Numbered from the stretch's first letter, positions 1 to 12,487 are shown. The stretch is 64,000 bases of DNA from Nitrospirales bacterium (GCA_963555755.3 OY820905.2:1184001-1248000); one strand, 5' to 3'. The notes: generated by a model from the letters alone, not told the origin. Made by a program: numbers and translations.

Positions 1-190
1 TGAGCAGGGGCACGTCTTCGTCTTTGAGTTTGAGCGCTCCCGTCCATTCATCGGTGCAGGCGGCACACGGACAATGGAGTCGTAGATACCGAACGGGATA
101 GACGCCTTTGTGGCCATCGCTCCATTCGATGCCAAAGATACCCTTTTCGATCCAGTTCATATCTGTGGGTTGGATAGTCTCAGTACTCAT
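1..190 (-). CDS. DUF971 / gamma-butyrobetaine hydroxylase-like N-terminal domain protein (3' truncated by window edge)
   Basis: Manual translation from ATG at 190: MSTETIQPTDMNWIEKGIFGIEWSDGHKGVYPVRYLRLHCPCAAC; the WSDGH...LR..CPCA.C motif is typical of DUF971. Confidence 0.8.
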   Translation of the reverse strand, partial: MSTETIQPTDMNWIEKGIFGIEWSDGHKGVYPVRYLRLHCPCAACTDEWTGALKLKDEDVPLL

Positions 191-236
191 TTATTACGAT
201 ACCTTTGCTTTCTGAGAAAAAATGCCACAGTGAAAT

Positions 237-406
237 CCCCTCACCCTGCCCTCTCCCCTCATGGGCGAGGGTTTAATTTATCATAAATGTCATCCCTCTC
301 TGTGGCAACGAGGGGTTGGGGGAGATTTTCTGTTTAGCTTTTCCCACCTATCGCAGACAATTTCCAAATGTTCTAAATCCCCCAAACCCCTTATGCGAAA
401 GGGGGA
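237..406. repeat. Cluster of CCCCTC(A)CCC..CTCTCCC / GGG.GAGGG REP-like hairpins
   Basis: 237-272 cccctcaccctgccctctcccctcatgggcgagggt, with related units at 294-329 and 376-406; similar units at 19873, 39707 and 46889. Confidence 0.6.
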
Positions 407-415
407 ACCATTTGG

Positions 416-1216
416 TCAGGCGTTTTCTACGACTGAATCTATACTTTTCATGCCATACACAGGTGAGGGTTCGGCTGCCAAGAAATCTATGGCAGGCAAA
501 GGCTTGTCTACGACGGCCCTCGCGTAGGTGTCAATAATTCCTTCCAATTCGCACCGCACTTGGCCTTCAGCTTTGAGGCGCATGGCTAAACCAAAACGCA
601 TACGTCGCGCTTGCTGCACAAACGCGACACTTCCCGGAGACATCGGCAAACAATAGTCCCAACTCGCTTGTTCACAAGCCTGACACAGGAGGCCGCCAGC
701 CGATGGTGAGAACTTTGTGATGCGCGAACCAACGTCCTTCCCGCAAGAGGCACAGTGATCAATCTGCGGACGAAACCCCGCATGGGTTAACACATGGATC
801 TGAAAAATAAGCGTGGTCAGAACATGATCTTCTGATTCAGGCAATGCATGCAAGCCTTCTAAAAGCAAACGAAACATTTCGTGGCTCGGATCTCGTTCAG
901 CGGTGATCCCTTCTACCAGAGACACCATTCTGGCTGCTGCAGACATTCGCTCCAGATCTTCGCGCAACGAGGCGAAGTGTTCCAGGATATCAACATGACT
1001 GATCGCGGCTAAGCTATCATTGCGCTTATCAAACAACGTAAGGTTCACACAGGTAAAGGGTTCGAGGGCTCCGCCAAAACGACTTTTTATTCGCCGGGCC
1101 CCGCGCGCAATCCCTCGCACTTTTCCGAGTTTGTAGGAAAAGAACGTGACGATGCGATCAGCCTCTCCCCATCGCATACTTTTGAGTGCTATCGCTTCTG
1201 TGGTGATGAGTGCCAT
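416..1216 (-). CDS. recO: DNA repair protein RecO
   Basis: MALITTEAIALKSMRWGEADRIV...GIARGAR..KSRFGGALEPF plus CxxC...CxxC zinc finger; start moved to ATG 1216 because the upstream ORF extension lies in a repeat. Confidence 0.95.
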   Translation of the reverse strand: MALITTEAIALKSMRWGEADRIVTFFSYKLGKVRGIARGARRIKSRFGGALEPFTCVNLTLFDKRNDSLAAISHVDILEHFASLREDLERMSAAARMVSLVEGITAERDPSHEMFRLLLEGLHALPESEDHVLTTLIFQIHVLTHAGFRPQIDHCASCGKDVGSRITKFSPSAGGLLCQACEQASWDYCLPMSPGSVAFVQQARRMRFGLAMRLKAEGQVRCELEGIIDTYARAVVDKPLPAIDFLAAEPSPVYGMKSIDSVVENA

Positions 1217-1227
1217 AAAATTTCTAG

Positions 1228-1347
1228 CAGGATGTTGGAAACGTCTGTCCAGCAAGGCCGCAGGCACTTTGGCACGCGGAGCGTACGAGAGTACGTGAGC
1301 ATGACAAAGTGCCGAGAACGCCGCTGGCAGGCGTTTCCAACATCCTG
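1228..1347 (+). mobile_element. Palindromic element family E, copy 1
   Basis: caggatgttggaaacg...cgtttccaacatcctg arms; core AGCAAGG...GGAGCGTAC-gaga-GTACGTGAG...ACGCCGCT shared with copies at 34733 and 45717. Confidence 0.85.
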
Positions 1348-1349
1348 TG

Positions 1350-2786
1350 CTATCGGAAATGTTCCAGCATCATCGTTGCAAGCCCAAGATAAATCGTCAC
1401 GCCGATGATGTCCATGGCCGTGGTTATAAACGGACCCGCGGCCACCGCAGGATCGACCTTAAACTTTTTCAACAATAGCGGTGTCACCGATGCCATACTC
1501 GCGGAAATGAGAAACGTCATGAGTAGAGCCCCACCAACGACGACTCCGAAAATTCCACTGCCTTGCCAGACCCATCCTACTATCAACAACAACATTCCAC
1601 AGATAAGCCCCAACACCAATCCAATGCGCAATTCGCGAAACACGACTTTCCAAATATCACTCAAATCCACCCGTCCGGTGGCCAGCCCGCGAATGATGAG
1701 CGTGGATGATTGCAGGCCAAGGTTTCCACTCATGGCAGCGATGACGGGAATAAACGTCACAATGATGACGACTTCCTGAATCGTAAACCGAAACCACCAC
1801 AGGATGAATCCTGACACGAGGCTCCCGACCAAATTCGTAAACAGCCATGGCAGTCGAAGCCCAACCGCTTGAAGGCTGGACCTGTGCATCTCTGCATCCT
1901 CCTCAGCAGCGCCTGCCATCTTGAGCATATCTTTCGTGTCTTCTTCTCGGATCACGTCCACCACATCGTCCACGGTAATAATACCAACCAAACGTCCATC
2001 ATCCCCCACCACAGGGATGGCCAAGAGATTATAGGTGGCCACTTGTCGGGCGACTTCTTCCTGATCCGTATCAACCGTGACGCTCAGCACTTCTCGCGTG
2101 AGCATGTTTTTCAACGGGGTCGTAGGGGCAACCACGAGAAGTTCTCGTAAGGACACCACGCCCGTTAACTTTTCATTTGGATCGGTTACATAGATATAAA
2201 ATACAGTTTCGGCTTTAGTGGCTTGTTGCAGACGTTGGATAGATTCCTGCGCGGTAGTGCCTTCGGGAAGTGCCAAAAACTCCGTCGTCATGATGCTCCC
2301 GGCCGTGCCTTTAGGATAGGCCATCAAGTTCACGACTTCTTGAGATTCTTCTACCTTCATCAACGGCAAAATTTCTTGTGCGCGTTCATCCGGCAACACG
2401 CCTAGGATATACGCGACATCATCCGCCGGCACAAAACGGAGCATCCAGGTAATTTCGGCTGCATTGCGATCTTCTAAGACCTGCGGAATCATTTCCTCAC
2501 TCAACTCACTGACGACCTGCCCTTGTTCAGGAATGCCCTTCACCAACTCAAAAATTGTTTGGCGCTCCTGGGGCGAATCAAGATGCATAATGACCCGTGC
2601 GATGTCAGCAGGATGTAACCGGTTAATCAAATTAGTAAGATTTGCAATCGCACCTCGTTTGAGCAGCCGACGCACGGAGAGCAACACCACATCAAATTTA
2701 CTTTGATGGCTATTCTCCATGAGGAGAGCCTCAGACTGAGTTTCTTCCCCAACGGTGGGATCTGTGATTTTGACTGGATCGATCAT
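1350..2786 (-). CDS. mgtE: Magnesium transporter MgtE
   Basis: N-terminal LHPADIA, CBS pair (TAGSIMT, GIITVDD), 5 TM segments with GNLGLQSS and DPAVAAGPFITT. Confidence 0.95.
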   Translation of the reverse strand: MIDPVKITDPTVGEETQSEALLMENSHQSKFDVVLLSVRRLLKRGAIANLTNLINRLHPADIARVIMHLDSPQERQTIFELVKGIPEQGQVVSELSEEMIPQVLEDRNAAEITWMLRFVPADDVAYILGVLPDERAQEILPLMKVEESQEVVNLMAYPKGTAGSIMTTEFLALPEGTTAQESIQRLQQATKAETVFYIYVTDPNEKLTGVVSLRELLVVAPTTPLKNMLTREVLSVTVDTDQEEVARQVATYNLLAIPVVGDDGRLVGIITVDDVVDVIREEDTKDMLKMAGAAEEDAEMHRSSLQAVGLRLPWLFTNLVGSLVSGFILWWFRFTIQEVVIIVTFIPVIAAMSGNLGLQSSTLIIRGLATGRVDLSDIWKVVFRELRIGLVLGLICGMLLLIVGWVWQGSGIFGVVVGGALLMTFLISASMASVTPLLLKKFKVDPAVAAGPFITTAMDIIGVTIYLGLATMMLEHFR

Positions 2787-2796
2787 ATCGTTCTTA

Positions 2797-2954
2797 GGGT
2801 TCGCGCAAAAATACCTTTGCCTTTTTGGGTGCCGAGACGCCTGTCTGGCAAGGCGCGAGGACTGCGCATACTCCTCGGTATGTAAAGGACGAGCAACGCC
2901 GCCAGACGGGGTGGATCGACGCCAAAAAATGTGAAGGCATTTTTGCGCACACCC
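2797..2954 (+). mobile_element. Palindromic element family A, copy 1 (TTA direct repeats; right TTA is the era stop)
   Basis: gggttcgcgcaaaaata...atttttgcgcacaccc flanked by TTA at 2794-2796 and 2955-2957. Confidence 0.9.
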
Positions 2955-3842
2955 TTAATATCCCAACTCGACGAGCAAGCGCTCATTGTCCCGCCAGGCA
3001 TCTTTGACCTTCACATGCAGATCGAGAAATACTTTCACATCCATTTCACGTTCAAGGTCAAGACGTGCCGCCGTCCCAATTTCCTTCAGTCTCGCTCCGC
3101 CCTTTCCAATGACAATGGCCTTTTGTCCTGGTTTTTCTACCATAATTGAGGCTGCAATCGAACACAGCCGGCCCTGTTCCAGAAATTCATCAATATGAAC
3201 TGCCACGGCATAGGGCAATTCCGCCCTCGTTTGTTCAAGAACTTTTTCGCGAACAAGTTCTGCAGCTAATTGCCGCATGGACTGATCCGTCACAAAACCA
3301 TCATCGTACGCGCCCTCTTGTTCCGGGAATCGGGCAAAGGCCAAATCCCGTAATCGATCAACATTTAACCCCGTCATCGCGGACAATGGGATGATTTCCG
3401 ACCACTCACCCAGGGACTGGTAGGCTTCGATCACCGGGAGCACTTTCGGCTTTCGGATGAGATCGATTTTATTGACCAGCAAAAATACGGGGAGACTTTC
3501 GGACCGATCAGGTAAGGAAAACACTTGTTTGATGACCGCTCGATCCCCTGCACCAGGCATCTTCCGTCCATCCACCATCACCGCAAGCAGATCCGCATCG
3601 TACACCGTATCTAACGCTGCCCGCACCATACGCTTATTGAGCCGATGCCACGGCCGATGCAAACCCGGCGTATCCAGCAGAGCAAGTTGTCCTTCTGGAA
3701 AATGTGCAACGCCAAGAATGCGCGACCGCGTGGTCTGGGGCTTATCAGACACGATCGCAATCTTTTGTTTGACAAGCGTGTTCACGAGCGTAGACTTTCC
3801 AACATTCGGGCAGCCCAATATGGCTATGGTTCCAAATTTCAT
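2955..3842 (-). CDS. era: GTPase Era
   Basis: GxPNVGKSTL, PQTTR, DTPG, NKID motifs; KH domain IVIGKGG. Confidence 0.97.
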   Translation of the reverse strand: MKFGTIAILGCPNVGKSTLVNTLVKQKIAIVSDKPQTTRSRILGVAHFPEGQLALLDTPGLHRPWHRLNKRMVRAALDTVYDADLLAVMVDGRKMPGAGDRAVIKQVFSLPDRSESLPVFLLVNKIDLIRKPKVLPVIEAYQSLGEWSEIIPLSAMTGLNVDRLRDLAFARFPEQEGAYDDGFVTDQSMRQLAAELVREKVLEQTRAELPYAVAVHIDEFLEQGRLCSIAASIMVEKPGQKAIVIGKGGARLKEIGTAARLDLEREMDVKVFLDLHVKVKDAWRDNERLLVELGY

Positions 3843-3909
3843 AAACAGTTCCTCATGGCCTTGTGGCCCACTTATGTGTGATGAAAAGGTGAGAGTCAGT
3901 CAGGATGAA

Positions 3910-4066
3910 GAGTTCGCGCAAGAATAACTTCCCCTGTTTGGGCGCTGAGACACCTGTCTGGCAAGGCACGAGGACTGCGCAGACTCCTCGTATGGAAAGA
4001 ACGAGCAACGCCGCCAGACGGGATGGATCGACGCCCAAACATGGGAAGTTATTCTTGCGCGAGCCC
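3910..4066 (+). mobile_element. Family A element, copy 2
   Basis: gagttcgcgcaagaataacttccc...gggaagttattcttgcgcgagccc followed by TTA. Confidence 0.9.
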
Positions 4067-4208
4067 TTACTATTTCCAAAGCAGGTTAAAAAAGATTTAC
4101 GCGTGGAAGGGACAAACACGGGAAAGGCATGGGCACTTCAATGGCTCATCATCAATATTCCCTCCCGTTTTAGCTTGGTCTCTCCACAAAAATCAGGGAC
4201 ACGTGTAT

Positions 4209-5872
<1,664 letters not shown>

Positions 5873-5940
5873 TCACGTTCGTGAGCACCAGTTTCTGTGC
5901 CCATCATACTAATTTTCTCACTTTTGACAAGCTCAAATGA

Positions 5941-6265
5941 ACCTAGAAACGGTAGTTGGGCGCAAAAAAGACGTGTAAGATATTGGGGTGCATGGTGAAA
6001 TACAAAAAGTCGTGGTCACCTTAGGGTTCGCGCAAGAATACCTTCCCCTGTTTGGGCGTCGATCTATCCTGTCTGGCGGCGTTGCTCGTCCTTTCCATAC
6101 GAGGAGTATGCGCAGTCCTCGCGCCTTGCCAGACAGGTGGCTCAGCACCCAAACAGGGGAAGGTATTCTTGCGCGAACCCTCTGTGGTGATGAGACATTT
6201 TTGTATTTTATCAGGTGCGCCAAGAGCTTGCGCGGACTTTTGTGATCCAACTGCGGTTTCTAGGT
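5941..6265 (+). mobile_element. Family B host element (about 165 bp when empty) with nested family A copy; TGA direct repeats
   Basis: acctagaaac...gtttctaggt flanked by TGA at 5938-5940 and 6266-6268; both halves match the element at 61844-62676. Confidence 0.85.
6024..6180 (-). mobile_element. Family A element, copy 3 (nested in B)
   Basis: Perfect 33-nt arms gggttcgcgcaagaataccttcccctgtttggg / cccaaacaggggaaggtattcttgcgcgaaccc. Confidence 0.9.
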
Positions 6266-6295
6266 TGAACAGGGAAAATCGCAGAGAGAGTGAAC

Positions 6296-7726
6296 TTATG
6301 AAGACAGGGCGCGTTTGAGGAGTTCGTTGACTTTTTTCGGGTTGGCCTTTCCACTCGAAGATTTCATGACTTGGCCAACAAAAAACCCGAGCACGGTTTC
6401 CTTCCCACCACGGAATTGCTCAACCTGCCCCGGATTCTTTTCCAGTACTTCTTGAACCAGTTTTTCCAATGCGCCTTCATCAGAGACTTGTTGCAGACCT
6501 TTTTCCTCGACTAATTGCACGGCTGATTTCTCTCCAGCATACAGCTCCGGGAAAATGTCTTTCGCCGCCTTCAAGCTAATGGTGCCGTCGTGAACCAATT
6601 GCAACAATTCCACCAAACGATCCGGCGAAACAGGTGAGGATTCCACAACCGTCCCGGCTTGGTTGAGCTCTCGCAACAGTTCGCCCATGATAAAATTACT
6701 GATAATTTTTGGTTCAGCAAAAAGCTGAACGCATGATTCAAAATAGTCAGCCAACTCCCGAGATTTGGTTAGCACCCCGGCATCATACTCCGGCAGACTA
6801 TATTCAGTGAGAAACCGTTGTTGGCGGACTTGGGGCAACTCCTGCAGGGTGCCTCGAAGTTCATCGATCCATTCATCAGAGATCGACAGCGGCAAGAGAT
6901 CGGGGTCGGGAAAATAGCGATAGTCATGCGCTTCTTCCTTGCTTCGCATGACGACGGTTTGCCCGAGGTTGATATTCCACAGCCGCGTTTCCTGGCAAAC
7001 CTTCCCTCCATCGGTCAACACCTTCGTCTGCCGTTTGATCTCGTATTCAGTCGCGTCTTTGACGAACTTAAACGAATTAATATTTTTCAGTTCGACTTTG
7101 GTGCCGAGCGTATCCGACCCTGTGGGCCGAAGCGAAATATTGGGTTCGCACCGAAAACTCCCCTGCTCCATCTCGCCATCGCACACGTCGAGATAGACCA
7201 ACACATCGCGAAGGGATTTCAAATAGGCGACCACTTCGTCAGCCGAATGCATATCCGGTTCGGTCACAATTTCTAATAATGGCGTTCCGGCCCGATTCAA
7301 GTCCACGTAACTATGGCTGTCTTCACCTGCATGAATATTTTTCCCCGCATCTTCTTCTAGATGGGCGCGCCGAATCCGCACGCGTTTCGAAGACCCGTTG
7401 ACGTTCAGATCGATCCACCCCCATTCGCAAATGGGCTCTTCGTATTGGGAAATCTGATACCCTTTGGGCAGGTCAGGATAGAAATAGTGTTTCCGCGCAA
7501 AAATATTCGTGGAACGAATCGAACAGTTCAAGGCGAGTCCTGTTCGAATCGCCATTTCTACGGCGCGTTTATTGATGACTGGAAGCGAGCCTGGCAATCC
7601 CAGGCAGACTGGGCAGGTTTGGGTGTTGGGCGGATGCCCAAATTCCGTCCTACACCCACAAAATATTTTGGTGTTCGTTCGAAGTTGGGCATGGACTTCG
7701 AGACCAATGACCGTTTCGAACGTCAC
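6296..7726 (-). CDS. gatB: Asp/Glu-tRNA amidotransferase subunit B
   Basis: [41 protein letters not shown]. Confidence 0.98.
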   Translation of the reverse strand: MTFETVIGLEVHAQLRTNTKIFCGCRTEFGHPPNTQTCPVCLGLPGSLPVINKRAVEMAIRTGLALNCSIRSTNIFARKHYFYPDLPKGYQISQYEEPICEWGWIDLNVNGSSKRVRIRRAHLEEDAGKNIHAGEDSHSYVDLNRAGTPLLEIVTEPDMHSADEVVAYLKSLRDVLVYLDVCDGEMEQGSFRCEPNISLRPTGSDTLGTKVELKNINSFKFVKDATEYEIKRQTKVLTDGGKVCQETRLWNINLGQTVVMRSKEEAHDYRYFPDPDLLPLSISDEWIDELRGTLQELPQVRQQRFLTEYSLPEYDAGVLTKSRELADYFESCVQLFAEPKIISNFIMGELLRELNQAGTVVESSPVSPDRLVELLQLVHDGTISLKAAKDIFPELYAGEKSAVQLVEEKGLQQVSDEGALEKLVQEVLEKNPGQVEQFRGGKETVLGFFVGQVMKSSSGKANPKKVNELLKRALSS

Positions 7727-8052
7727 AGTTTCGACGTCGGTTCGTCACGAGATGAATCACGAACAGGCCGCATCGCCTCTCGACCGGCATCCACGGCATC
7801 CTTCACCACCGAACTGGCTTCGGATATAAATTCGCGGCTTTTATCGACGACATCATCCCATGTATCGGTGGCACGATCCGATACATCCTTAAAGTCGTCT
7901 CCCGCGCGTCGAGCCGCTCGCAACAGCCCATCTCGCGACTCCTGTCCAGTTTGTGGAGCTAACAAAAATGCAGTGGCCGCCCCTAACAAAATGCCGCTTA
8001 AAAAGGCCAGCGCCACGCTTCCAGCGGATGCCCCAGAATTATTTTCTCCCAT
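7723..8052 (-). CDS. YtxH-domain protein
   Basis: [24 protein letters not shown]txH signature. Confidence 0.85.
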   Translation of the reverse strand: MGENNSGASAGSVALAFLSGILLGAATAFLLAPQTGQESRDGLLRAARRAGDDFKDVSDRATDTWDDVVDKSREFISEASSVVKDAVDAGREAMRPVRDSSRDEPTSKL

Positions 8053-8443
8053 TGTCCTGCCCTCCTTCTTTATGAACCCGATCTTTAATTGTCGTCGCCG
8101 CCGCCTTCATCCCTGAAAAGACTCGCGCAAGACTGACGATGACTGCACTACTCTTGCCCCTCACGACCTCATGCACTTGATTGACCGTTTGCCCGACCTC
8201 ACCAATAGCATTCATTAGCACAGACGCCCGATCGACGCCTTCCTTAGCTTGCGTGGTCATGGCATGGACATTCTCGCTGGTGCCTTTCAACTCTTTGAGC
8301 AATCCCGGCAAATCACTATTCACTTGAGCCAAAAGCCGCTCGGACTGAGCCACCGTCCGCCGCAACTGAATCACGGTCGGCACGAGATAGCCCACCAACA
8401 CTAAAAAGGCTACGGCAATCACCACTGCGGAAAAGTCAACCAT
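8039..8443 (-). CDS. DUF948-family membrane-anchored protein
   Basis: N-terminal TM AVVIAVAFLVLVGYLV followed by coiled coil; typical partner of YtxH. Confidence 0.75.
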   Translation of the reverse strand: MVDFSAVVIAVAFLVLVGYLVPTVIQLRRTVAQSERLLAQVNSDLPGLLKELKGTSENVHAMTTQAKEGVDRASVLMNAIGEVGQTVNQVHEVVRGKSSAVIVSLARVFSGMKAAATTIKDRVHKEGGQDNGRK

Positions 8444-8457
8444 GCATTACCCTTTCG

Positions 8458-9927
8458 TTACCGGATTGTGGGCCGTTTCTTTCGCCAATTGGTCACCAGT
8501 TCATACGCACGCGCGACGCGCAAAACGGTTTCCTCTTCAAAGGGACGGCCCATAATTTGCAATCCTATAGGAAGCCCATGCTGGCTGAAGCCACATGGGA
8601 TAGATATCGCCGGGATCCCGGCCAAACTTGCTGAGATAGTATACAGGTCTGACAAGTACATTTGTAAAGGATCTTCGATTTTCTCCCCCAATTGAAAGGC
8701 TGGGGTTGGCATGACCGGCGTCACCAGTACATCAACTTCTTCAAAGGCCTGATCAAAGTCCTGCTTGATGAGCGTTCGTACAGCTTGGGCCTTAGAATAA
8801 TAGGCATCATAGTACCCGCTGCTCAACGCGTAGGTGCCGAGCATAATCCGGCGTTTGACTTCTGGACCAAACCCCTCTTGACGCGTGGTTCGATACATGT
8901 CTAACAAATCCTGACATTCTTTGGAACGCAGGCCAAATTTCACACCGTCATAGCGAGCCAAGTTCGAACTGGCCTCGGCAGTCGCCACAATGTAATACGT
9001 GGCCACGGCCACACCGGTGTTGGGAAGAGACACGTCCTTGAGTTCCCCGCCCAACGCATTGAATACCTCAATGGCTTCCCGTACGGCCTCTTCAACTTCA
9101 GGGTCAAGGCCCTCAGCAAAAAATTCGCTTGGAACCCCGAGCTTGAGTTTTTTGACATCTTTCTTTTTAAACGCGCGGGTGAAATCCGGGACATCTACAT
9201 CGGCAGACGTGGAATCCATCGGATCCTGGCCCGCCAAGACATTCAGCATCAGCCCCGCATCATACACATCCTTCGTGATCGGCCCAATTTGATCGAGCGA
9301 CGAGGCAAAGGCAATCAGTCCATAACGGGACACACGACCGTAGGTGGGTTTTAACCCGACCACACCGCAGCAGGCAGCAGGCTGCCTGATCGATCCTCCG
9401 GTATCCGTACCGATAGCAGCCACACATTCATCCGCAGCCACGGCTGCAGCGGACCCGCCACTTGACCCACCAGGCACATGACTGAGCTTCCAGGGATTTC
9501 GGCTAGGGCCAAATGCCGAGTATTCCGTAGACGATCCCATGCCGAACTCGTCCAAATTCGTTTTACCAATTGGGAAAAATCGCTGCTCACGAAACTTGCC
9601 GACAACGGACGCATCATACGGAGGTTGGAACTGGCCAAGGATTCGTGAGCCGCACGTCGTGGGCAAATCCGAGGTACAAATATTGTCTTTGATCGCGATA
9701 GGCATGGCCATGAGTGGTAAGGTTTTCCGCCACGATTTCAACTCTTCGTCGATAGCTTTGGCTTGGGTAAAAATGGTTTCCTTGTCATTCACCGTCACAT
9801 AGGCTTTGACTTTGGATTCCACCACGCTCAACCGCAAGTAAAACGCTCGCGCAATCTCATACGCACTCGCGTCCCCGCAGGTGAAGGCATCTTGTAATTC
9901 TTTCAGGGTTAATTTGAAGAGTGACAT
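8458..9927 (-). CDS. gatA: Asp/Glu-tRNA amidotransferase subunit A
   Basis: Amidase signature [34 protein letters not shown]. Confidence 0.98.
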   Translation of the reverse strand: MSLFKLTLKELQDAFTCGDASAYEIARAFYLRLSVVESKVKAYVTVNDKETIFTQAKAIDEELKSWRKTLPLMAMPIAIKDNICTSDLPTTCGSRILGQFQPPYDASVVGKFREQRFFPIGKTNLDEFGMGSSTEYSAFGPSRNPWKLSHVPGGSSGGSAAAVAADECVAAIGTDTGGSIRQPAACCGVVGLKPTYGRVSRYGLIAFASSLDQIGPITKDVYDAGLMLNVLAGQDPMDSTSADVDVPDFTRAFKKKDVKKLKLGVPSEFFAEGLDPEVEEAVREAIEVFNALGGELKDVSLPNTGVAVATYYIVATAEASSNLARYDGVKFGLRSKECQDLLDMYRTTRQEGFGPEVKRRIMLGTYALSSGYYDAYYSKAQAVRTLIKQDFDQAFEEVDVLVTPVMPTPAFQLGEKIEDPLQMYLSDLYTISASLAGIPAISIPCGFSQHGLPIGLQIMGRPFEEETVLRVARAYELVTNWRKKRPTIR

Positions 9928-10001
9928 GACAGGGAAAACAACAACTTACAAATATCAAATCCACCAAGCAAACATGCGTACCGGGGCTCACAGAAAAACG
10001 A

Positions 10002-10358
10002 CTAGGGGGTGTTAACTATTCGATTATGCTCATCGACTTGAATAATCTTGGGACGATGATGTTTCGCTTCCTCATCATTATAATATTCATAACAAAAAAT
10101 GATGACATGGTCCCCCGTCACCCCTTTTCGAGCCGTGGGACCGTTTAAGACCACCTCTCCAGATCCGCGTTTTCCATTGATGGCGTAAGTGGTAAAACGC
10201 TCGCCATTATTTAAATTTGAGACCATCACCAATTCATACGGCAAGATTCCTGCGGCATCTAACAAGTCCTCATCGACTGTCAAACTACCCTCATAATCCA
10301 AGCAGGCATCGGTCACGACTGCGCGGTGAATTTTGGCTCGCAACATTTGACGTAACAT
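10002..10358 (-). CDS. panD: Aspartate 1-decarboxylase
   Basis: KIHRA, YEGSLT cleavage site, GERFTTY, LNGPTAR. Confidence 0.95.
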   Translation of the reverse strand: MLRQMLRAKIHRAVVTDACLDYEGSLTVDEDLLDAAGILPYELVMVSNLNNGERFTTYAINGKRGSGEVVLNGPTARKGVTGDHVIIFCYEYYNDEEAKHHRPKIIQVDEHNRIVNTP

Positions 10359-10374
10359 GAGTATATTCCTTCCA

Positions 10375-10536
10375 AGAGGCTGTCCAAGTTTAGACCGATC
10401 TACTGCGAGTGCCCTGGATTTGGCCAGATGTTTCGATCCTCTGCGTTAAATAGCCCAACTATTCGCCTCAAACGACCGAAACAGCTGCCTCAAACATGGA
10501 CACCCTCGCGACGATCGCTAATCTCGGACAGGCTCC
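10375..10536. mobile_element. Palindromic element family H, copy 1
   Basis: 162 bp, colinear with 23480-23641; ends agaggctgtcc...ggacaggctcc. Confidence 0.85.
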
Positions 10537-10537
10537 T

Positions 10538-10831
10538 TCACCGATCACTAATAATTTTAGGCACCTGAAATAAGCCATCTTTCGCTGCCGGAGCATTTCC
10601 CACGGCCTTCTCCTGAGGCACTGATTCACGAACCTCATCCTCCCGCAATACATTGGCCTGCCTCACAACGGAAGCCATAGGCCTCACGCCCTCGGTATCC
10701 ACCTGATTGAGCTCTTCCATATAAGTCAAAATGCTGCTGAGATGATGGCTTAGCTGCTCTTTCTCGCTCTCGCTCACTTGCAGCCTGGCTAAATCAGCGA
10801 CATGTTCTACTTCTTGCTGGCTTAGTTTCAC
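10538..10831 (-). CDS. gatC: Asp/Glu-tRNA amidotransferase subunit C
   Basis: VEHVADLARL...LREDEV...NAP...FQVPKII. Confidence 0.95.
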   Translation of the reverse strand: MKLSQQEVEHVADLARLQVSESEKEQLSHHLSSILTYMEELNQVDTEGVRPMASVVRQANVLREDEVRESVPQEKAVGNAPAAKDGLFQVPKIISDR

Positions 10832-11106
10832 AGTTAAAGGATTCCCATCTTCTAACCTTCAAGGCCGTCAGCCCCAATCCCGCCCTTGACTCTCCCTCTT
10901 CGGTCCCTATTTGACCATGAATTCATAGGACAGGGCAACGATTTGTGGAGCGGTATTTGTAGCATGAAGCCCTAGACAAAATCTACTGACCGTTCACTTC
11001 CTCACAAGGCACCCCAACACCCACAATTGGCCCAACAGGACCGAATTATCCTGTACAAGGACAAGATTCTGATGCTATGATGGTTTAGTGTTTTGGTGAT
11101 TACTGA

Positions 11107-11148
11107 ACCTAGAAGCGACAGTTGGATGCATAACGGTCGTTTCTAAGT
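11107..11148. repeat. Internally deleted mini family-B element
   Basis: TGA-acctagaagcgacagttgg...gtttctaagt-TAA; both ends resemble B termini. Confidence 0.55.
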
Positions 11149-11169
11149 TAAAAAAATTGGAGATGTGGG

Positions 11170-11409
11170 ATGGCACGCTTAACAATAAGCCTTTCAGACG
11201 AAAGGCATGTGGCGCTCAAGGAAGCCGCGGCCCGTCGAGGCAAAACAATTGGGGAGCTAATCGAAGAGAGTCTGGAATCATACGGGATCAAAACCAGACA
11301 GGAAGCATCGGCTTTGGTGGCCAAAGCTCGAGCCCGATCTCACCTGAGCCCCAACGCGGCAATGGAGATCGCCGTATCAGAAACACGGGCACAGCGGCGG
11401 CGAAAATAA
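11170..11409 (+). CDS. CopG/RHH-like antitoxin
   Basis: MARLTISLSDERHVALKEAAARRGKTIGELIEE ribbon-helix-helix pattern directly upstream of a PIN gene. Confidence 0.8.
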   Translation: MARLTISLSDERHVALKEAAARRGKTIGELIEESLESYGIKTRQEASALVAKARARSHLSPNAAMEIAVSETRAQRRRK

Positions 11410-11410
11410 C

Positions 11411-11839
11411 ATGCCGCATCATTTCACTATCATCGACACCAATATCCTCGTCAGCGCACTTATCACGAATCAAAACGGGAGCCCCACTTGTCAAATTGTC
11501 GATGGCATGCTTCGGGGAGGATTTCCCTTCCTATTGTCTATTGATCTTTTAGCTGAATATCGAACAGTCTTATTGCGTCAAAAAATCAAAAAGCTACATG
11601 GGCTGACAGAGGAAGAAATTGACATAATTGCCACGGAGATCACGGCGACTGGAATGGTCAGAGATCCGCCCACTGTTCGAATCAAAGGCCTTGATCCCGG
11701 CGACCAACACGTATGGGACTTAGTCAATTTCCACCCAAATACCACACTCGTCACCGATGACCATGCTCTACGAAAAATAGCTCTCAAACATTTTTCCGTG
11801 CTCACTCCCCAAGAGTTTGTTGGGTTGGCCCTGAAATAA
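11411..11839 (+). CDS. PIN-domain toxin (VapC-like)
   Basis: IIDTNILVSALI, LAEY, DPGDQHV, LVTDD acidic PIN motifs. Confidence 0.88.
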   Translation: MPHHFTIIDTNILVSALITNQNGSPTCQIVDGMLRGGFPFLLSIDLLAEYRTVLLRQKIKKLHGLTEEEIDIIATEITATGMVRDPPTVRIKGLDPGDQHVWDLVNFHPNTTLVTDDHALRKIALKHFSVLTPQEFVGLALK

Positions 11840-11901
11840 GTTGTTTCACTCAACATAGAAACGGCAATTGAATGTAAGCCCAGTCATGTACCCGACCATA
11901 A

Positions 11902-12042
11902 GGGCACCTCTACAAACCAGGCATTTTTTGTGAGGGCAAGGAAGCCGCGCGCGGAAAACCGGAGTGTATGGGCGAATACATGAGGATGTGAGCACGTGGC
12001 TGACGCCGCCATCACGAAAAAGGACGGTTTTTAGAGGTGCCC
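11902..12042 (+). mobile_element. Palindromic element family F, copy 1
   Basis: gggcacctcta...tagaggtgccc, 141 bp, flanks TAA/TTA; near-identical to copies at 55174 and 56854. Confidence 0.9.
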
Positions 12043-12170
12043 TTAATTTTGTTAGGACAGAAAAGGAACTACCTCCTTGACCGGAGGCTTATAATGGGTG
12101 ACCGCAATCTTAAATTCTGTGGAAAAGCAGGTCCGGACGATCCTTGTGAATAAGTCAATACTCATGCCTG

Positions 12171-12204
12171 ACCCCAAACAGAGGAAGTTATTTTTGCGCG
12201 AGCC
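12171..12204. repeat. Solo family-A terminus
   Basis: accccaaacagaggaagttatttttgcgcgagcc matches an A arm. Confidence 0.7.
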
Positions 12205-12241
12205 TAGGAACTGCGACCTCGATCCCATGATTCACGGCCGA

Positions 12242-12487
12242 TCAACCAGAATACCCACATTCCCTCATCATCTCGCTCACCTTTTGGTTTTCACCGGCTC
12301 GCCTGACAAGATCCTCGCCGATTGCATTCATGTCCCAATCCATGACAGGGATGTTCCACGATAACTTTTCCCCATCCCATTTAAAGCACACATTTCCAAG
12401 CTGAACCGACCCAGGTTTCTCATCAAAAATTGGCAAAATCATGTCTTCAATGCTCACTCCAATGTCATCATCTTCCACTTCTTCCAT
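12242..12487 (-). CDS. Small acidic hypothetical protein
   Basis: 81-aa ORF preceded by strong RBS AAGGAGGG. Confidence 0.6.
   Translation of the reverse strand: MEEVEDDDIGVSIEDMILPIFDEKPGSVQLGNVCFKWDGEKLSWNIPVMDWDMNAIGEDLVRRAGENQKVSEMMRECGYSG

Noticed and set aside
7361..8116. Long plus-strand ORFs antisense to genes (also 19661-20269, 30347-31039, 44044-44784)
   Set aside because: Shadow frames opposite well-supported genes, with no recognisable motifs
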